Shown here: positions 13,341-27,474 of the stretch, piece after piece
Layout: the number at the start of each line of letters is the position of its first letter
Numbering within the stretch: the first letter of the stretch is position 1
NCBI RefSeq assembly: GCF_963921235.1
Contig: NC_086100.1
Span: forward strand, 202,990,001 to 203,054,000
Direction: 5' to 3'
DNA from: Mobula hypostoma
Lineage: Eukaryota
DNA length: 64,000 nucleotides
Notes under the pieces: model-generated
Seen by the model: the letters and a program-made list of their open reading frames with translations, nothing else
Databases searched by the model: none
Told to the model about the DNA's origin: nothing
Program-made: the position numbers and the translations under genes

Positions 13341-14157
13341 AAGACCATAAGACCTCAAGATATAGGAGCAGAAGTAGGCCATTTGGCCCATTGAGTCTGC
13401 TCCACCGTACGATCATGGGCTGATCCGATACTTCCAGTCATCCCCACTCCCCTGCCTTCTCCCCATACCCTTTGATGCCCTGGCTAATCAAAAACATATC
13501 TATCTCTGCCTTAAATGCACCCAATGACTTGGCCTCCACAGCCGCTCGTAGCAACAAATTCCACAGATTTACCATCTTCTGACTAAAGTAATTTCTCTGC
13601 ATCTCAGTTCTAAATGGACGTCCTTCAATCCTGAAGTCGTGCCCTCGTAGACTCCCCTACCTTGGGAAATAACTTTGCCATATCTAATCTGTTCAGGCCT
13701 TTTAACATTTGGAATGTTTCTATGAGTTCCCCCCTCATTCTCCTGAATTCCAGGAAATACAGTCCAAGAGCTGCCAGATGTTCCTCATACAGTAACCCTT
13801 TCATTTCTGGAATCATTCTTGTGAATCTTCTCTGAACCTTCTCCAATGTCAGTATATGCTTTCTAAAATAAGGAGTCCAAAACTGCACACAATACTCCAA
13901 GTGTGGTCTCACAAGTGCCTTATAGAGCCTCAACATCAAATCCCTGCTCTTGTATTCCATACCTCTAGAAATGAATGTCAACATTGCATTCGCCTTCATC
14001 ACCACTGATTCAACCTGGAGGTTACCTTCTGGGTTATAATCCAAGTCCCTTTGCATCTCTGCATTTTGAATTATTTCCCCATCTAAATAATAGGCTGCCC
14101 ATTTATTTCTTCCAGTAAAGTGCATGACCATACACTTTCCAACATTGTATTTCATTT

Positions 14158-16296
14158 ACCTTGCCGAGGCACAGCGACAACTCGCGGATACCTCCTCTTA
14201 TTTACCCCTCGATCGTGACCCCACCAAGGAGCACCAGGCCATTGTCTCCCACACTATCAACGACTTTATCCGCTCAGGGGATCTCCCATCCACTGCTACC
14301 AACCTTATAGTTCCCACACCCCGCACTTCCCGTTTCTACCTCCTACCCAAGATCCACAAACCTGCCTGTCCTGGCCGACCTATTGTCTCAGCTTGCTCCT
14401 GCCCCACCGAACTCGTTTCTGAATACCTCGACACTGTTTTATCACCCCTTGTTCAATCCCTTCCGACCTATGTTCGTGACACTTCTCACGCTCTTAAACT
14501 TTTCGATGATTTTAGGTTCCCTGGCCCCCACCGCTTTATTTTCACCATGGATGTCCAGTCCTTATATACTTCCATCCCCCATCAGGAAGGTCTCAAAGCT
14601 CTACGCTTCTTTTTGGATTCCAGACCTAATCAGTTCCCCTCTACCACCACTCTGCTCCGTCTAGCGGAATTAGTCCTTACTCTTAATAATTTCTCCTTTT
14701 GCTCCTTCCATTTCCTCCAAACTAAAGGTGTAGCTATGGGCACCCGTATGGGTCCTAGCTATGCCTGCCTTTTTGTTGGGTTTGTGGAACAATCTATGTT
14801 CCGTGCCTATTCTGGTATCTATCCCCCACTTTTCCTTCGCTATATCGACGACTGCATTGGCGCTGCTTCCTGCACGCATGCAGAACTCGTTGACTTTATT
14901 AACTTTGCCTCCAACTTTCACCCTGCCCTCAAGTTTACCTGGTCTATTTCCGACACCTCCCTCCCCTTTCTAGATCTTTCTGTCTCTGTCTCTGGAGACA
15001 GCTTATCCACTGATATCTACTATAAGCCTACTGACTCTCACAGCTATCTGGACTATTCCTCTTCTCACCCTGTCTCTTGCAAAAACGCCATCCCCTTCTC
15101 GCAATTCCTCCGTCTCCGCCGCATCTGCTCTCAGGATGAGGCTTTTCATTCTAGGACGAGGGAGATGTCTTCATTTTTTAAAGAAAGGGGCTTCCCTTCC
15201 TCCACTATCAACTCTGCTCTTAAACGCATCTCCTCCATTTCACGTACATCTGCTCTCACTCCATCCTCCCACCACCCCACTAGGAATAGGGTTCCCCTGG
15301 TCCTCACCTACCACCCCACCAGCCTCCGGGTCCAACATATTATTCTCCGTAACTTCCGCCACCTCCAACGGGATCCCACCACTAAGCACATCTTTCCCTC
15401 CCCCCCCTCTGCATTCCGCAGGGATCGCTCCCTGCACAACTCCCTTGTCCATTCGTCCCCCCCATCCCTCCCCACTGATCTCCCTCCTGGCACTTATCCG
15501 TGTAAGCGGAACAAGTGCTACACATGCCCTTACACTTCCTCCCTTACCACCATTCAGGGCCCCAAACAGTCCTTCCAGGTGAGGCATCACTTCACCTGTG
15601 AGTCGACTGGGGTGATATACTGCGTCCGGTGCTCCCGATGTGGCCTTTTATATATTGGTGAGACCCGACGCAGACTGGGAGACCGCTTTGCTGAACATCT
15701 ACGCTCTGTCCGCCAGAGAAAGCAGGATCTCCCAGTGGCCACACATTTTAATTCCACATCCCATTCCCATTCTGACATGTCTATCCACGGCCTCCTCTAC
15801 TGTAAAGATGAAGCCACACTCAGGTTGGAGGAACAACACCTTATATTCCGTCTGGGTAGCCTCCAACCTGATGGCATGAACATTGACTTCTCTAACTTCC
15901 GCTAGGCCCCACCTCCCCCTCGTACCCCATCTGTTACTCATTTTTATGCACACATTCTTTCTCTCACTCTCCTTTTTCTCCCTCTGTCCCTCTGAATATA
16001 CCTCTTGCCCATCCTCTGGGTCACCCCCCCCCGTCTTTCTCCCTAGGCCTCCTGTCCCATGATCCTCTCGTATCCCCTTTTGCCTATCACCTGTCCAGCT
16101 CTCGGCTCTATCCCTCCCCCTCCTGTCTTCTCCTATCATTTTGCATCTCCCCCTCCCCCTCCAGCTTTCAAATCCCTTACTCACTCTTCCTTCAGTTAGT
16201 CCTGACGAAGGGTCTCGGCCTGAAACGTCGACTGCGCCTCTTCCTATAGATGCTGCTTGGCCTGCTGCGTTCACCAGCAACTTTGATGTATGTTGC
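14158..16296 (+). mobile_element. Penelope-like retroelement (Neptune-type), 5'-truncated, uninterrupted RT plus GIY-YIG frame
   Basis: ORF 14124..15905: YLLPKIHK, GRPIVS, MDVQSLYTSIP, GVAMG, RYIDD, FLD. Cys-rich linker CKRNKCYTC. GIY-YIG motif VIYCVRCSRCGLLYIGET. 13-bp TSD ttgtatttcattt (14145-14157, 16297-16309). Confidence 0.95.
16197..16234 (+). ncRNA. Minimal type I hammerhead ribozyme motif, intact core
   Basis: tagtc-CTGACGA-agggtctcggcct-GAAA-c-GTC-gactg. Confidence 0.75.
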
Positions 16297-16999
16297 TTGT
16301 ATTTCATTTGCCACTTATTTGCCCATTTCCCTAAACTATCTAATTCTCTCTGCAGGCTCTCTGTTTCCTCAACACTACCTGTTCCTCCACTTATCGTTGT
16401 ATCATCAGCAACCTAGCCACAAATCTATTAATCCCAGTGTGTAAATCATTGACATACATCATAAAAAGCAGCGGTCCCAAAACCGACCCTGTGGAACTCC
16501 ACTGGTAACCGGCAGCCAGACAGAATAGGATCCCTTTATTCTCACTCTCTGTTTTCTGCTGATCAGCCAATGCTCCACTCATGCTAGTAACTTCCCTGTA
16601 ATTCCATGGGCTCTTATCTTGCTAAGCAGCCTCATGTACAGCACCTTGTCAAAGGCCTTCTCAAAAACCACTTCTCACGTATCTGGGTTGAAATCCATCT
16701 GCCACTTCTCAGCCCAGCTCTGCATCCTACTGATCTCAACTTGAGGTTGCGAGAGTTGAGAGCTTCGAGTTCCCAGGAGTGAATAGCACCAGTACCTGGC
16801 CAGGTCCAACCACATAAAAACCATGGCCAAGATAGTTCACCAAAGATTCTACTTCCTCAGGAGGTACCTTAGAAACCATCCTATCTGCAGAGCAGCTTGG
16901 TGTGGCATAAACACAAGAGCATCTGCAGATGGTGGAAATTAAGATTAACACACACAAAATGCTGTAAGTTTCCATAGATAATGCTTGGCCAAGAGAAAA

Positions 17000-19425
17000 A
17001 ACATAGAAAACATAGAAAACCTACAGCACAATACAGGCTTCGGCCGCAATGCTGTGCCAAACATGTCCTTACTGTAGAAATTAACTAGGGTTCCCCATAG
17101 CCCTCTATTTTTATAAGCTCCATGTACCTATAAAGGAGTCTCTTAAAAGTCCCTATTGTATCTGCCTCCACCACCGTCGCCGGCAGCCCATTCCACACAC
17201 TCACCACTCTCTGCGTAAAATAACTTACCCCTGACATCTCTGTACCTACTTCCAAGCACCTTAAAACTGTGCCCCCTCGTGTTAGCCATTTTAGCCCTGG
17301 GAAAAAGCCTCTGACTATCCGCACAATCACTGTCTCTCATCATCTTATACACCTCTATCAGGTCACCTCTCATCCTCTGTCGCTCCAAGGAGAAAAGGCC
17401 AAGTTCACTCAACCTATTCTCATAAGGCATGCTCCCCAATCCAGGCAACATCCTTGTAAATCTCCTCTTCACCCTTCCTATGGTTTCCACATCTTCCTGT
17501 AGTGAGGCGACCAGAACTGAGCACAGAACTCCAAGTGACATCTGACCTGGGTCCGATATAGCTGCAATATTATCTCTTGGCTCCTAAACTGAATCCCACG
17601 ATTGATGAAGGCCAATACACTGTATGCCTTCTGAACCACAGAGTCAACCTGCACTGCAGCTTTGAGTGTCCTACGGACTCTGACCCCAAGATCCCTCTGA
17701 TCCTCCACACTGCCAAGAGTCTTACCATTATTACTATATTCTGCTGTCATATTTGACCACCCAAAATGAACCACCTCACACTAATCTGGGTTGAACTCCA
17801 TCTGCCACTTCTCAGCCCAGTTTTGCATCTTATCGATGTCCCGCTGTAACCTGACCTCCCTCTACACTATCCACAACACCCCCAACCTTTGTGTCATCAG
17901 CGAATTTATTAACCCATCCCTCCACTTCCTCATCCAGGTCATTTATAAAAAATTACAAAGAGAAGTGGTCCCAGAACAGATCCGTGAGGCACACCACTGG
18001 TCACCGACCTCCATGCAGAATATGACCTGTCTACAACCACTCTTTGCCTTCTGTGGGCAAGCCAGTTCTGGATCCACAAAGCAATGTCCCCTTGGATCCC
18101 ATGCCTCCTTCCTTTCTCAATAAGCCTTGCATGGGGTACCTTATCAAATGCCTTGCTGAAATCCATGTACACTACATCTACTGCTCTACCTTCATCAATA
18201 TGTTTAGTCACGTCCTCAAAAAATTCAATCAGGCTTGTAAAGCATGACTTGCCTTTGACAAAGCCATGCTGACTATTCCTAATCATATTATACCTCTCGA
18301 AATGTTCATAAATCCTGCCTCTCAAGATCTTCTTCATCAACTTACCAACCACTGAAGTAAGACTCACTGGTCTAAAATTTCCTGGGCTATCTCTACTCCT
18401 TTTCTTGAATAATGAAACATCATCCACAACCCTCCAATCCTCCGGAACCTCTCCCGTTCCCATTGATGATGCAAAGATCATCGCCAAAGGCTCAGCAATC
18501 TCATCCCTCGCTTCCCACAGTAGACACGGATACATCTCTTCCAGTCCCGGTGACTTATCCAACTTGATGCTTTCCAAAAGCTCCAGCACATACTCTTTCT
18601 TAATACCTATATACTCAAGCTTTTCAGTCTGCTGTAAGTCAGCCCTACAATCACCAAGATCTTTTTCTGTAGTGAATTCTGAAGGGGAGTATTCATTAAG
18701 TACTTCTGCTGTTACCTGGGGTTCCTTACACACTTTTCCACTGTTACACTTGATTGATCCTATTCTCTCACGTCTTATCCTCTTGCACTTCAAATACTTG
18801 TAGAATACCTTTGGGGTTTTCCTTAATCCTGTCTGCTAAGGTCTTCTCCTGGCCCCTTCTGGCTCTCCTAAGCACCTTCCTGCTGGCCTTATAATCTTCT
18901 CGATCTCTATTATTACCTCGTTTTGTGAACCTTTTGTAAGTTTTTCTTTTCTTCTTGACTAGATTTACAACAGCCTTTGTACACCACAGTTCCTGTACCC
19001 TACCATCCTTTCCCGGTCTCATTGGAACGTATCTATGCAGAACTCCACGCAAATATCCCCTCAACATTTGCCACATTTCTGCCATATATTTCCCTGAGAA
19101 TATCTGTTCCCAATTTATGTTTCCAATATCCTGCCTGATAGCTTTACATTTACCCTTACTCCAATTAAACACTTTCCTAACTTGTCTGTTCGTATCCCTC
19201 TCCAATGCTGTGGTAAAAGAGATAGAATTGTGATCACTATCTCCAAAATGCTCTCCCACTGAGAGATCTGACACCTGACCAGGTTCATTTCCCAATACCA
19301 GATCAAGTACAGCCTCTCTTTCCTCTTGTAGGCTTATCGACATATTGTGTCAAGGAACCTTCCTGAACACACCCAACAAACTCCACCCCATCTAAACCCC
19401 TTGCTCTGGGGAGATGCCAATTGAT
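17000..19425 (-). mobile_element. CR1 LINE, most of ORF2, frameshifted
   Basis: ORFs 18768..19343 (LDLVLGNEPG, GDSDHN endonuclease end), 17939..18793 (RT), 17143..17774. Tail acatagaaaacatagaaaa. Confidence 0.9.
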
Positions 19426-19439
19426 TTGTTTCAATAAAT

Positions 19440-20250
19440 TCAAAGCAAGAAGGCTGCGAGTGGGATGGCTAAGGATCTCCGGAGCAAAGATAGTTTACCA
19501 CTCGGGGTAAAGAGAGGCCAGTAGAGCTCGAAAGGTTTAAAACGAAGACCACCATATCCAGCGGGCAGCAGAGTGATAGGGCTTTCGTTCAACGGGCTTA
19601 GGCGGTAACGAGACAAGGTATGTTTACTTTTGTTAATTGTGGAAAGGAAGTATGTGTGTGAGGCCGGTGTTCTGTGCTCATTGTCAGATGTGGGAAGTCC
19701 TGGACTCTCCCAGCCTCCCAGACAGCTATACCTGCACCTGGTGTGTCAAGCTGCAGCTCCTAAGGGAACTGGAGCTGCAGCTCAATGACCTTCGTCTGGG
19801 CACGGAGAGCGAGGAGATGATGGAAAGGAGTTACAGGCAGGTGGTCACACTGGGGCCACGGAAGACAGATAAGTGGGTCACAGTCAGGAGGGGGAAGGGG
19901 AAGAGTCAGGTACTAGAGAGTACCCCAGTGGCTGTCCCCCTTAACAATAAGTACTCCTGTTTGAGTACTGTTGGGGGGGGACAGCTTACCTTGGGGAAGC
20001 AACAGTGGCCGTGCCTCTGGCACAGAGTCCAGCCCTGTGGCTCAGAAGGGTAGGGAAAGGAAGAGGAGGGCAGTAGTGATAGGGGACTCTATAGTTAGGG
20101 GGTCAGACAGGCGATTCTGTGGACGCAGGAAAGAAACTCGGATGGTAGTTTGCCCTCCGGGTGTCAGGGTCCGGGATGTTTCAGATGGCGTCCACAATAT
20201 CCTGCAGTGGGAGGGAGAACAGCCAGAGGTCGTGGTACATATTGGTACAT
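19440..20250 (+). mobile_element. CR1 5' part: ORF1 (Cys-rich zinc finger plus SGNH-esterase-like domain)
   Basis: CAHCQMWEV...CTWCVKLQLL and AVVIGDSIVRG...VVVHIGT motifs typical of CR1 ORF1. Confidence 0.8.
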
Positions 20251-20784
20251 AAGTTATTTCCCATGGTAGGGGATTCTAGGACAAGAGGACATGAACTCAG
20301 GATTGAAGGACGTTCTTTTAGAACTGAGATGCGGAGAAATTACTTTAGTCAGAGGATGGTAAATCTGTGGAATTTGTGGCCACAAATAGCTGTGGAGGCC
20401 AAGTAATTGAGTGTATTTAAGACAGAGATAGATGTTCTTGATTAGCCAGGGCATCAGAGGGTATGGGGTGAAAGCAGGAGAGTGGGGATGACTGGAAGAA
20501 TTGGATCAGCCCATGATTGAATAGCAAAGCAGACTCGATGGCCCAAAAGGCCCACTTCTGCTCCTATATCTTATGGTCTTACAGTCTTAATATGAGATTC
20601 TCCAACCACATGTAACACATTCCTCAGAGAAATCCATTGGCAAAACTATTCTCTAACCCTTGCAGTTTAAAGAAGGATGTTTGACTGAAATGGTTAAAAT
20701 GCCTCTTTTAGAGTCATACAGCAGTGAAGCTGGCCATTCATCCCATCATGTCCATGCCAGTCAGTGGGCATACATGCATATTAA

Positions 20785-23700
20785 TGCTCATGCACTTTGG
20801 TAGCAGAAATACAAATGTTTGTAAATATGCAGACTATTTTCTAAATGGGGAGAAAATGCAGGAACCTGAGATGCAGAGGGACTTGGGAACGCTCTGTCCT
20901 CAGGGCCTCACCTTTGTCCCCCTTCGCCCACACCTCAGCGAGTTCCGCGTTCGCCATGATGTGGAACTCTTCCTCTGCTGTCTCCGTCTCCGAGCCTACT
21001 TCTTTGGCAAGGACTCTTCCACCCCCACCGATGACCCCTTCTCCCGTCTTCAACCTTCCTCCTCTTCATGGACACCCCGCTCTGGTCTTCTGCCTGCTCT
21101 GGATCTCTTTATCGCTAACTGCCGACGGGACATCAACCGTCTCGACTTCACCGCACCTTGTTCCCATTCCGACCTCACTCCTTCGGAACGCTCTGCTCTC
21201 CACTCCCTCCGCACTAATCCTAACCTTACTATTAAACCCGCCGATAAGGAGGGTGCTGTTGTAGTCTGGCGTACTGACCTCTACCTTGCTGAGGCACAGC
21301 GACAACTCGCGGATACCTCCTCTTATTTACCCCTCGATCGTGACCCCACTAAGGAGCACCAGGCCATTGTCTCCCACACCATCACCGACTTTATCCGCTC
21401 AGGGGATCTCCCATCCACTGCTACCAACCTTATAGTTCCCACACCCCGCACTTCCCGTTTCTACCTCCTACCCAAGATCCACAAACCTGCCTGTCCTGGC
21501 AGACCTATTGTCTCAGCTTGCTCCTGCCCCACCAAACTCGTTTCTGCATACCTCGACACTGTTTTATCACCCCTTGTTCAATCTCTTCCTACCTTCTCAC
21601 GCTCTTAAACTTTAGGATGATTTTAAGTTCCCTGGCCCCCACCGCTTTATTTTCACCATGGATGTCCAGTACCTATATACTTCCATCCCCCATCAGGAAG
21701 GTCTCAAAGCTCTCCGCTTCTTTTTGGATTCCAGACCTAATCAGTTCCCCTCTACCACCACTCTGCTACGTCTAGCGGAATTAGTCCTTACTTTTAATAA
21801 TTTCTCCTTTGGCTCCTCCCACTTCCTCCAAACTAAAGGTGTAGCTATGGGCACCCGTATGGGTCCTAGCTATGCCTGCCCTTTTGTTGGCTTTGTGGAA
21901 CAATCTATGTTCCGTGCCTATTCTGATATCTGTCCCCGACTTTTCCTTCGCTACATCGACGACTGCATTGGTGCTGTTTCCTGCACGCATGCTGAGCTCA
22001 TTGACTTCATTAACTTTGCCTCCAACTTTCACCCTGCCCTCAAGTTTACCTGGTCCATTTCTGACACCTCCCTCCCCTTTCTAGATCTTTCTGTCTCTAT
22101 CTCTGGAGACAGCTTATCTACTGATGTCTACTATAAGCCTACTGACTCTCACAGCTATCTGGACTATTCCTCTTCTCACCCTGTCTCTGGCAAAAACGCC
22201 ATCCCCTTCTCACAATTCCTCCATCTCCGCCTCATCTGCTGTCAGGATGAGGCTCTTCATTCCAGGACGAGGGAGATGTCCTCCTTTTTTAAAGAAAGGG
22301 GCTTCCCTTCCTCCACCATCAACTCTGCTCTCAAGCGCATCTCCCCCATTTCACGCACATCTGCTCTCACTCCATCCTCCCGCCACCCCACTAGGAATAG
22401 GGTTCCCCTTGTCCTCACCTACCACCCACCAGCCTCTGGGTCCAACATATTATTCTCCGTAACTTCCGCCACCTCCAACAGGATCCCACCACTAAGCACA
22501 TCTTTCCCTCCCCCCACCTCTCTGCTTTCCGCAGGGATCGCTCCCTACACGACTCCCTTGTCCATTCGTTCCCCCCATCCCTCCCCACCGATTCCCTCCT
22601 GGCACTTATCCTTGTAAGCAGAACAAGTGCTACACATGTCCTTACACTTCCTCCCTTACCATCATTCAGGGCCCCAGACAGTCCTTCCAGGTGAGGCGAC
22701 ACTTCACCTGTGAGTCGGCTGGGGTGATATACTGCGTCCGGTGCTCCCGATGCGGCCTTCTATATATTGGCGAAACCCAACACAGACTGGGAGATCGTTT
22801 TGCTGAACACCTATGCTCTGTCCGCCAGAGAAAGCAGGATCTCCCAGTGGCCACACATTTTAATTCCACATCCCATTCCCATCCTGATATGTCTGTCCAC
22901 GGCCTCCTCTACTGTAAAGATGAAGCCACACTCAGGTTGGAGGAACAACACCTTATATTCCGTCTGGGTAGCCTCCAACCTGATGGCATGAACATTGACT
23001 TCTCAAACTTCCGCTAATGCCCCACCTCCCCCTCGTACCCCATCCGTTATTTATTTGGCTTTCCCCCCCACCTTCTTTCTCCCTGGGCCTCCTGTCCCAT
23101 GATCCTCTCATATACCTTTTGCCAATCAACTGTCCAGCTCTTGGCTCCATCCCTTCCCCCTCCTGTCTTCTCCTATCATTTTGGATCCTTCCATCCCCCT
23201 CCCACTTTCAAATCCCTTACTAACTCTTCCTTCAGTTAGTCCTGATAAAGGATCTTGGCCTGAAACGTCGACTGTACCTCTTCCTAGAGATGCTGCCTGG
23301 CCTGCTGCGTTCACCAGCAACTTTGAGTTGTGGACTTGGGAGTCCTTGTGCAGAACACCCTGAAGGTTAACTTGCAGGTTGAGTTGGTGGTGAGGAAGGC
23401 AAATGCCATGTTAGCATTCATTTCAAGAGGTCTAGAGTACAAGAGCAGGGATGTGATGCTGAGGCTTTATAAGGCACTGGTGACGCCTCACCTTGAGTAT
23501 TGTGAACAGTTTTGGGCCCCTCATCTTAGAAAAGATGTGCTGGCATTGGATAGGGTCCAGAGGAGGTTCACAAGGATGATTCCAGGAATGAAAGTGTTAT
23601 CATACGAGGAACGTTTGATGGCTCTGGGTTTGTACTCATTGAAATTTAGAAGGATGAGGGGGATCTCATTGAAACCTTCTGAATGTTGAAAGGCCTAGAC

Positions 23701-24065
23701 AGAGTAGATGTGGAAAGGATGTTTCCCATGGTGGGAGATTCTAGGACAAAAGAGGGCACAGCCTCAGGATAGAGGGGCACCCTTTCAAAACAGAGATGCG
23801 GAGAAATCCCTTTAGCCAAAGGGTGGTGAATTTGTGGAATTTGTTGCCACATGCAGCAGTGGAGGCCAGGTCATTGGGTGTATTTCAGGCAGAGATTGAT
23901 AGGTCCTTGACTGAACATGGCATCAAAGGTTAGTGGGAGAAGGCTGGGAACTGGGGTTGAGGAGGAGATAGAAAAAAATGATTAGCTATGATTGAATGGC
24001 AGAGCAGACTCGATGGGCCAGATGGCCTAATTCTGCTCCTCTATCTCATGGCCTTGTGGTCTTAA
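20785..24065 (+). mobile_element. CR1 3' part interrupted by a Penelope-like element
   Basis: EMQRDLG | VLVQNTLKVNLQV continues across the insertion. Tail ...gtggtctta. Confidence 0.85.
20889..23331 (+). mobile_element. Penelope-like element (longest copy, frameshifted); hammerhead core mutated (CTGATAA at 23242)
   Basis: ORFs 20724..21608, 21658..22617 and 22691..23017 give the N-terminal domain, RT and GIY-YIG. 10-bp TSD ggacttggga (20879-20888, 23332-23341). Confidence 0.93.
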
Positions 24066-24401
24066 TCCTATTTTCTAGTAGCTAAGTGATTCAAGTACTT
24101 CTCTTGGTACTTCATAAATGCTATTGCTGACTGCTTCTGCCACCCTCCCAGGCACATTATTCTAGATATTCACTAATCCATGGGTGAAAAAGATCCACCT
24201 TAAATCACCTGCTACTACCATTGGGCAGGAGATACAGAAACCTGTACTCCCACACCAGTTTCAGGAACAGTTAGCACTGCACATCCATGAGGCTCCTGAA
24301 CCAATTGATAAAAAATTTACTTTGACTTTGACGTAGAAATCTCTTACCACGTCCCCAAATGTATGTCCTCCCAATGCCCCAATGCCCGATTTGTATTGAT
24401 C

Positions 24402-25478
24402 AGAATCAGAATCAGGTTTATTATCACTGGCATGTGACATGAAATTTGTTAACTTAGTAGCAGCGGTTCAATGCAATACATAATATCGCACTGAACTGCT
24501 ATAATAGGTTTTCTATGTTTCTAATAAGTAAATCTTGTTCAGTATACTTTATACAGTATGCGTATATTGGATAGATTAAAAATCGTGCATCTGTAACCAG
24601 GCTTCTGTACCTCCTACCTGATGGTGACAGTGAGAAAAGGGCATGCCCCGGGTGCTGGAGGTCCTTAATAATGGACGCTGCCTTTTTGAGGCACTTCTTC
24701 TTGAAGATGTCCTGGGTACTTTGTAGGCTAGTAGCCAAGATGGAGCTGACTAAATTTGCAACCCTCTGCAGCTTCTTTCGGTCCTGTGCAGTAGCCCCTC
24801 CATACCAGACAGTGATGCAGCCTGTCAGAATGCTCTCCATGGTACATCTATAGAAGTTTTTGAGTGTATTTGTTGACATGCCAAATCTCTTCAAACTCCT
24901 AATAAAATATAGCAGCTGCTTGCCTTCTTTATAACTGCATCTATATGTTGGTATCAGGTTAGATCCTCAAAGACCTTGACACCCAGGAACTGGAAACTGC
25001 TCACTCTCTCCACTTCTGATCCCTCTTTGAGGATTGGTATGTGTTCCTTTGTCTTACCCTTCCTGAAGTCCACAATCAGCTCTTTCATCTTACTGACGTT
25101 GAGTGCCAGGTTGTTGTTGCGACACCACTCCACTAGTTGGCATATCTCAGTCCTGTACGCCCTCTCGTCACCACCTGAGATTCTACCGATAATGGTTGTA
25201 TTGCCAGCAAATTTATAGATGGTATTTGAGCTATGCCTGGTCACACAGTCATGTGTATACAGAGAGTAGAGCAGTGGGCTAAGCACACACCCCTGAGGTG
25301 CACCAGTGTTGACCGTTAGGAAGGAGGAGATGTTATCAGCAATCTGCACAGATTGTGGTCTTCCGGTTAGGAAGTTGAGCATCCAATTGCAGAGGGAGGT
25401 CCAGAGACCCAGGTTCTTTGACTTCTCGGTCAGGATTGTGGGAATGATGGTATTAAAAGCTGAGCTATAGTTGATGCT
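24402..25478 (-). mobile_element. Rex1/Babar-like LINE 3' part
   Basis: [55 protein letters not shown]. (TTCTGA)n tail seen as cagaatcagaatcagg. Confidence 0.85.
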
Positions 25479-25954
25479 ATAGGGCATGACTTCAGGATTG
25501 AAGGATGTCCATTTAGAATAGAGATGCGGAGAAATTACTTTTGTCAGAGGGTGGTAAATCTGTGGAATTGTTGCCACGAGTGACTGTGGAGGCTAAGTCA
25601 TTGGGTGTATTTAAGGTAGGTTCTTGATCAGCCAGGGCACCAATGGGTATGGGCAGAAGGCATGAGAATGGGGATGACTGGGAGAATTAGATCAGCCCAT
25701 GATTGAATGGCAGGGCAGATTCAATGAGCCAAATGGCATACTTCTGCTCCTATATCTTATGGTCTTATGGAATAGGTACACGGACCTCATGACTCACATC
25801 ACCAGGTTTAGGAGCAGTTATCACCCCTCAAGCATCAGGCCCTCGAACCAAATTGGATAACTCCACTTGCCCCATCACTGAAATGTCCCCACAACCAGTG
25901 GACTCAGTTTCAAAGACTCTTCACCTCATATTCTTAACAGTTATTGCTTGCTTG

Positions 25955-26030
25955 CTATTTATTTATTGATCAGTTGATTTATTCATTTATTCATTTGTCT
26001 ATTCATTCATTCATCTATTTACTAATTATT
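25955..26030. repeat. (TTTA/TTCA)n simple repeat
   Basis: tatttatttatt...attcattcattcatc. Confidence 0.6.
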
Positions 26031-26039
26031 TCTTTCTTG

Positions 26040-27470
26040 TTTTAATTGTCAGATGTGGGATTGGGTGTCTGATGTGTGAATTCCAGGCGAATACCAGACT
26101 CCCCGATGGCACATCTGCTCCAGGTGCATTGAGATGCAGCTCCTTAGAGTCCGCGTTAAGGAACCGGAGATGCAGCTCGATGACCTTTGGCTTGTTAGGA
26201 AGAGTGAAGAGGTGAAATCTGTGGACTCAGTGGAATGGTACGGAGACTGGGAGACTGGGTTACTGAGTATAGGTCTGTAGTGCAGAAGGGAAAGAGGGAG
26301 AAGTGGGGACCAGTAGTGATAGGGGACTCAATAGTCAGGTGAACAGACAGGAGATTCTGTGGATGTGAACGGGACGCCCAAATGGTATGTTGCCTCCCTG
26401 GTGCCAGGGTCAGGGACATCTTGGATCACGTCCTCAGCAGTTTGGAGAGGGAGGAAGAATAGACGGGTTATATTCTGCATGGAGGGCAGTGGCCAGTAGT
26501 GTGCTTCAGGGATCTGTTCTGGGACCCCTACTCTTCATGATTTTTATAAATGTTGGGAGGTGACCTGATAGAAGTGTATATAATGATGAGAGGCATTGAT
26601 CCTGTGGATAGTCAGAGGCTCTTTCCCAGGGCTGAAATGGCTAACATGAAAAGCCATAGTTTTAAGGTGCTTGGAAGTAGGTACAGAGGAGATGTCAGGG
26701 GTAAGTTTTTTACTCAGAGAGTGGTGATTGCGTGGAATGGGCTGCCGACGACATTGGTGGAGACGGATACGATAGGGTCTTTTAAGAGACTCCTGGATAG
26801 GTACATGGAGCTTAGAAAAATAGGGGGCTATGGGTAAGCCTAGGTAGTTTCTGAGGTAGGGACGTGTTCAGCACAGCTTTGTGGGCCGAAGAGCCTGTAT
26901 TGTGCTGCAGGTTTTCTGTGTTTCTATGTCTTGGTACATATTGGTCCCAATGACCTAGGAAAGAAAAGCAAAGAAGACCTGAAAAGAGAATTTAGAGAGT
27001 TAGGTAGAAAGCTGAGAAGCAGGACCTCCAGGGTAATAATTTCTGGATTGCTGCCTGTGCCACGCACCAGTGAGGGTAAAAACAGGATGATTTGGCAGAT
27101 AAATGTGTGACTGAGAAGCTGGTGCAGGGGGCAGGGCTTCAGGTTCTTGGATCATTGGGATCTCTTCTGTGGGAGGTATGACCTGTGCAAAAGTGATAGA
27201 TTATCACCTGAACTGAAGGGGGACATATATTCTCATGGGCAGGTTTGTTAGAGCTGCTGGAGAGGGCTGAAACTAATTTGGCAGGGGGTGTCAATCGGAG
27301 GGAAGGGTGTCAAGACAGGACGGATGGTAAAAAAGCAAAGGTAGTGTGCAGTCAGACTGTCTGGAAGGGCAGAAAGATGATAGGACATAATTGCATCCAG
27401 CAGGGAGAGTATCAGTGCATTAGGGATGCAGAATCAAAAGGAGTAGCAAATACAGAACTCAAAATGTTAT
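26040..27470 (+). mobile_element. CR1 ORF1 remnant with a nested CR1 3' fragment (~26460-26930)
   Basis: VVIGDSIVR/HIGPND esterase-type motifs split by an ORF2 C-terminal piece (26550..26837) ending in a tttctatg tail. Confidence 0.7.
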
Positions 27471-27474
27471 ATTG

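Larger units (their letters stand above)
13341..16668 (-). mobile_element. CR1 LINE (ATAAGACC-tail subfamily) interrupted by a Penelope-like element
   Basis: ORF 13625..14155 (LVRPHLEYCVQFW). Sequence resumes after the TSD at 16297. Tail aagaccataagacc. Confidence 0.85.

Noticed and set aside
17000..20250. Head-to-head CR1 ORF2 (-) and ORF1 (+) as a single twin-primed inversion
   Set aside because: No shared TSD could be found and later insertions obscure the right end; two independent copies are equally plausible.
20724..21608. 294-aa ORF as an intact protein
   Set aside because: Chimera of flanking/CR1 sequence and the Penelope-like N-terminal region, ending at a frameshift.
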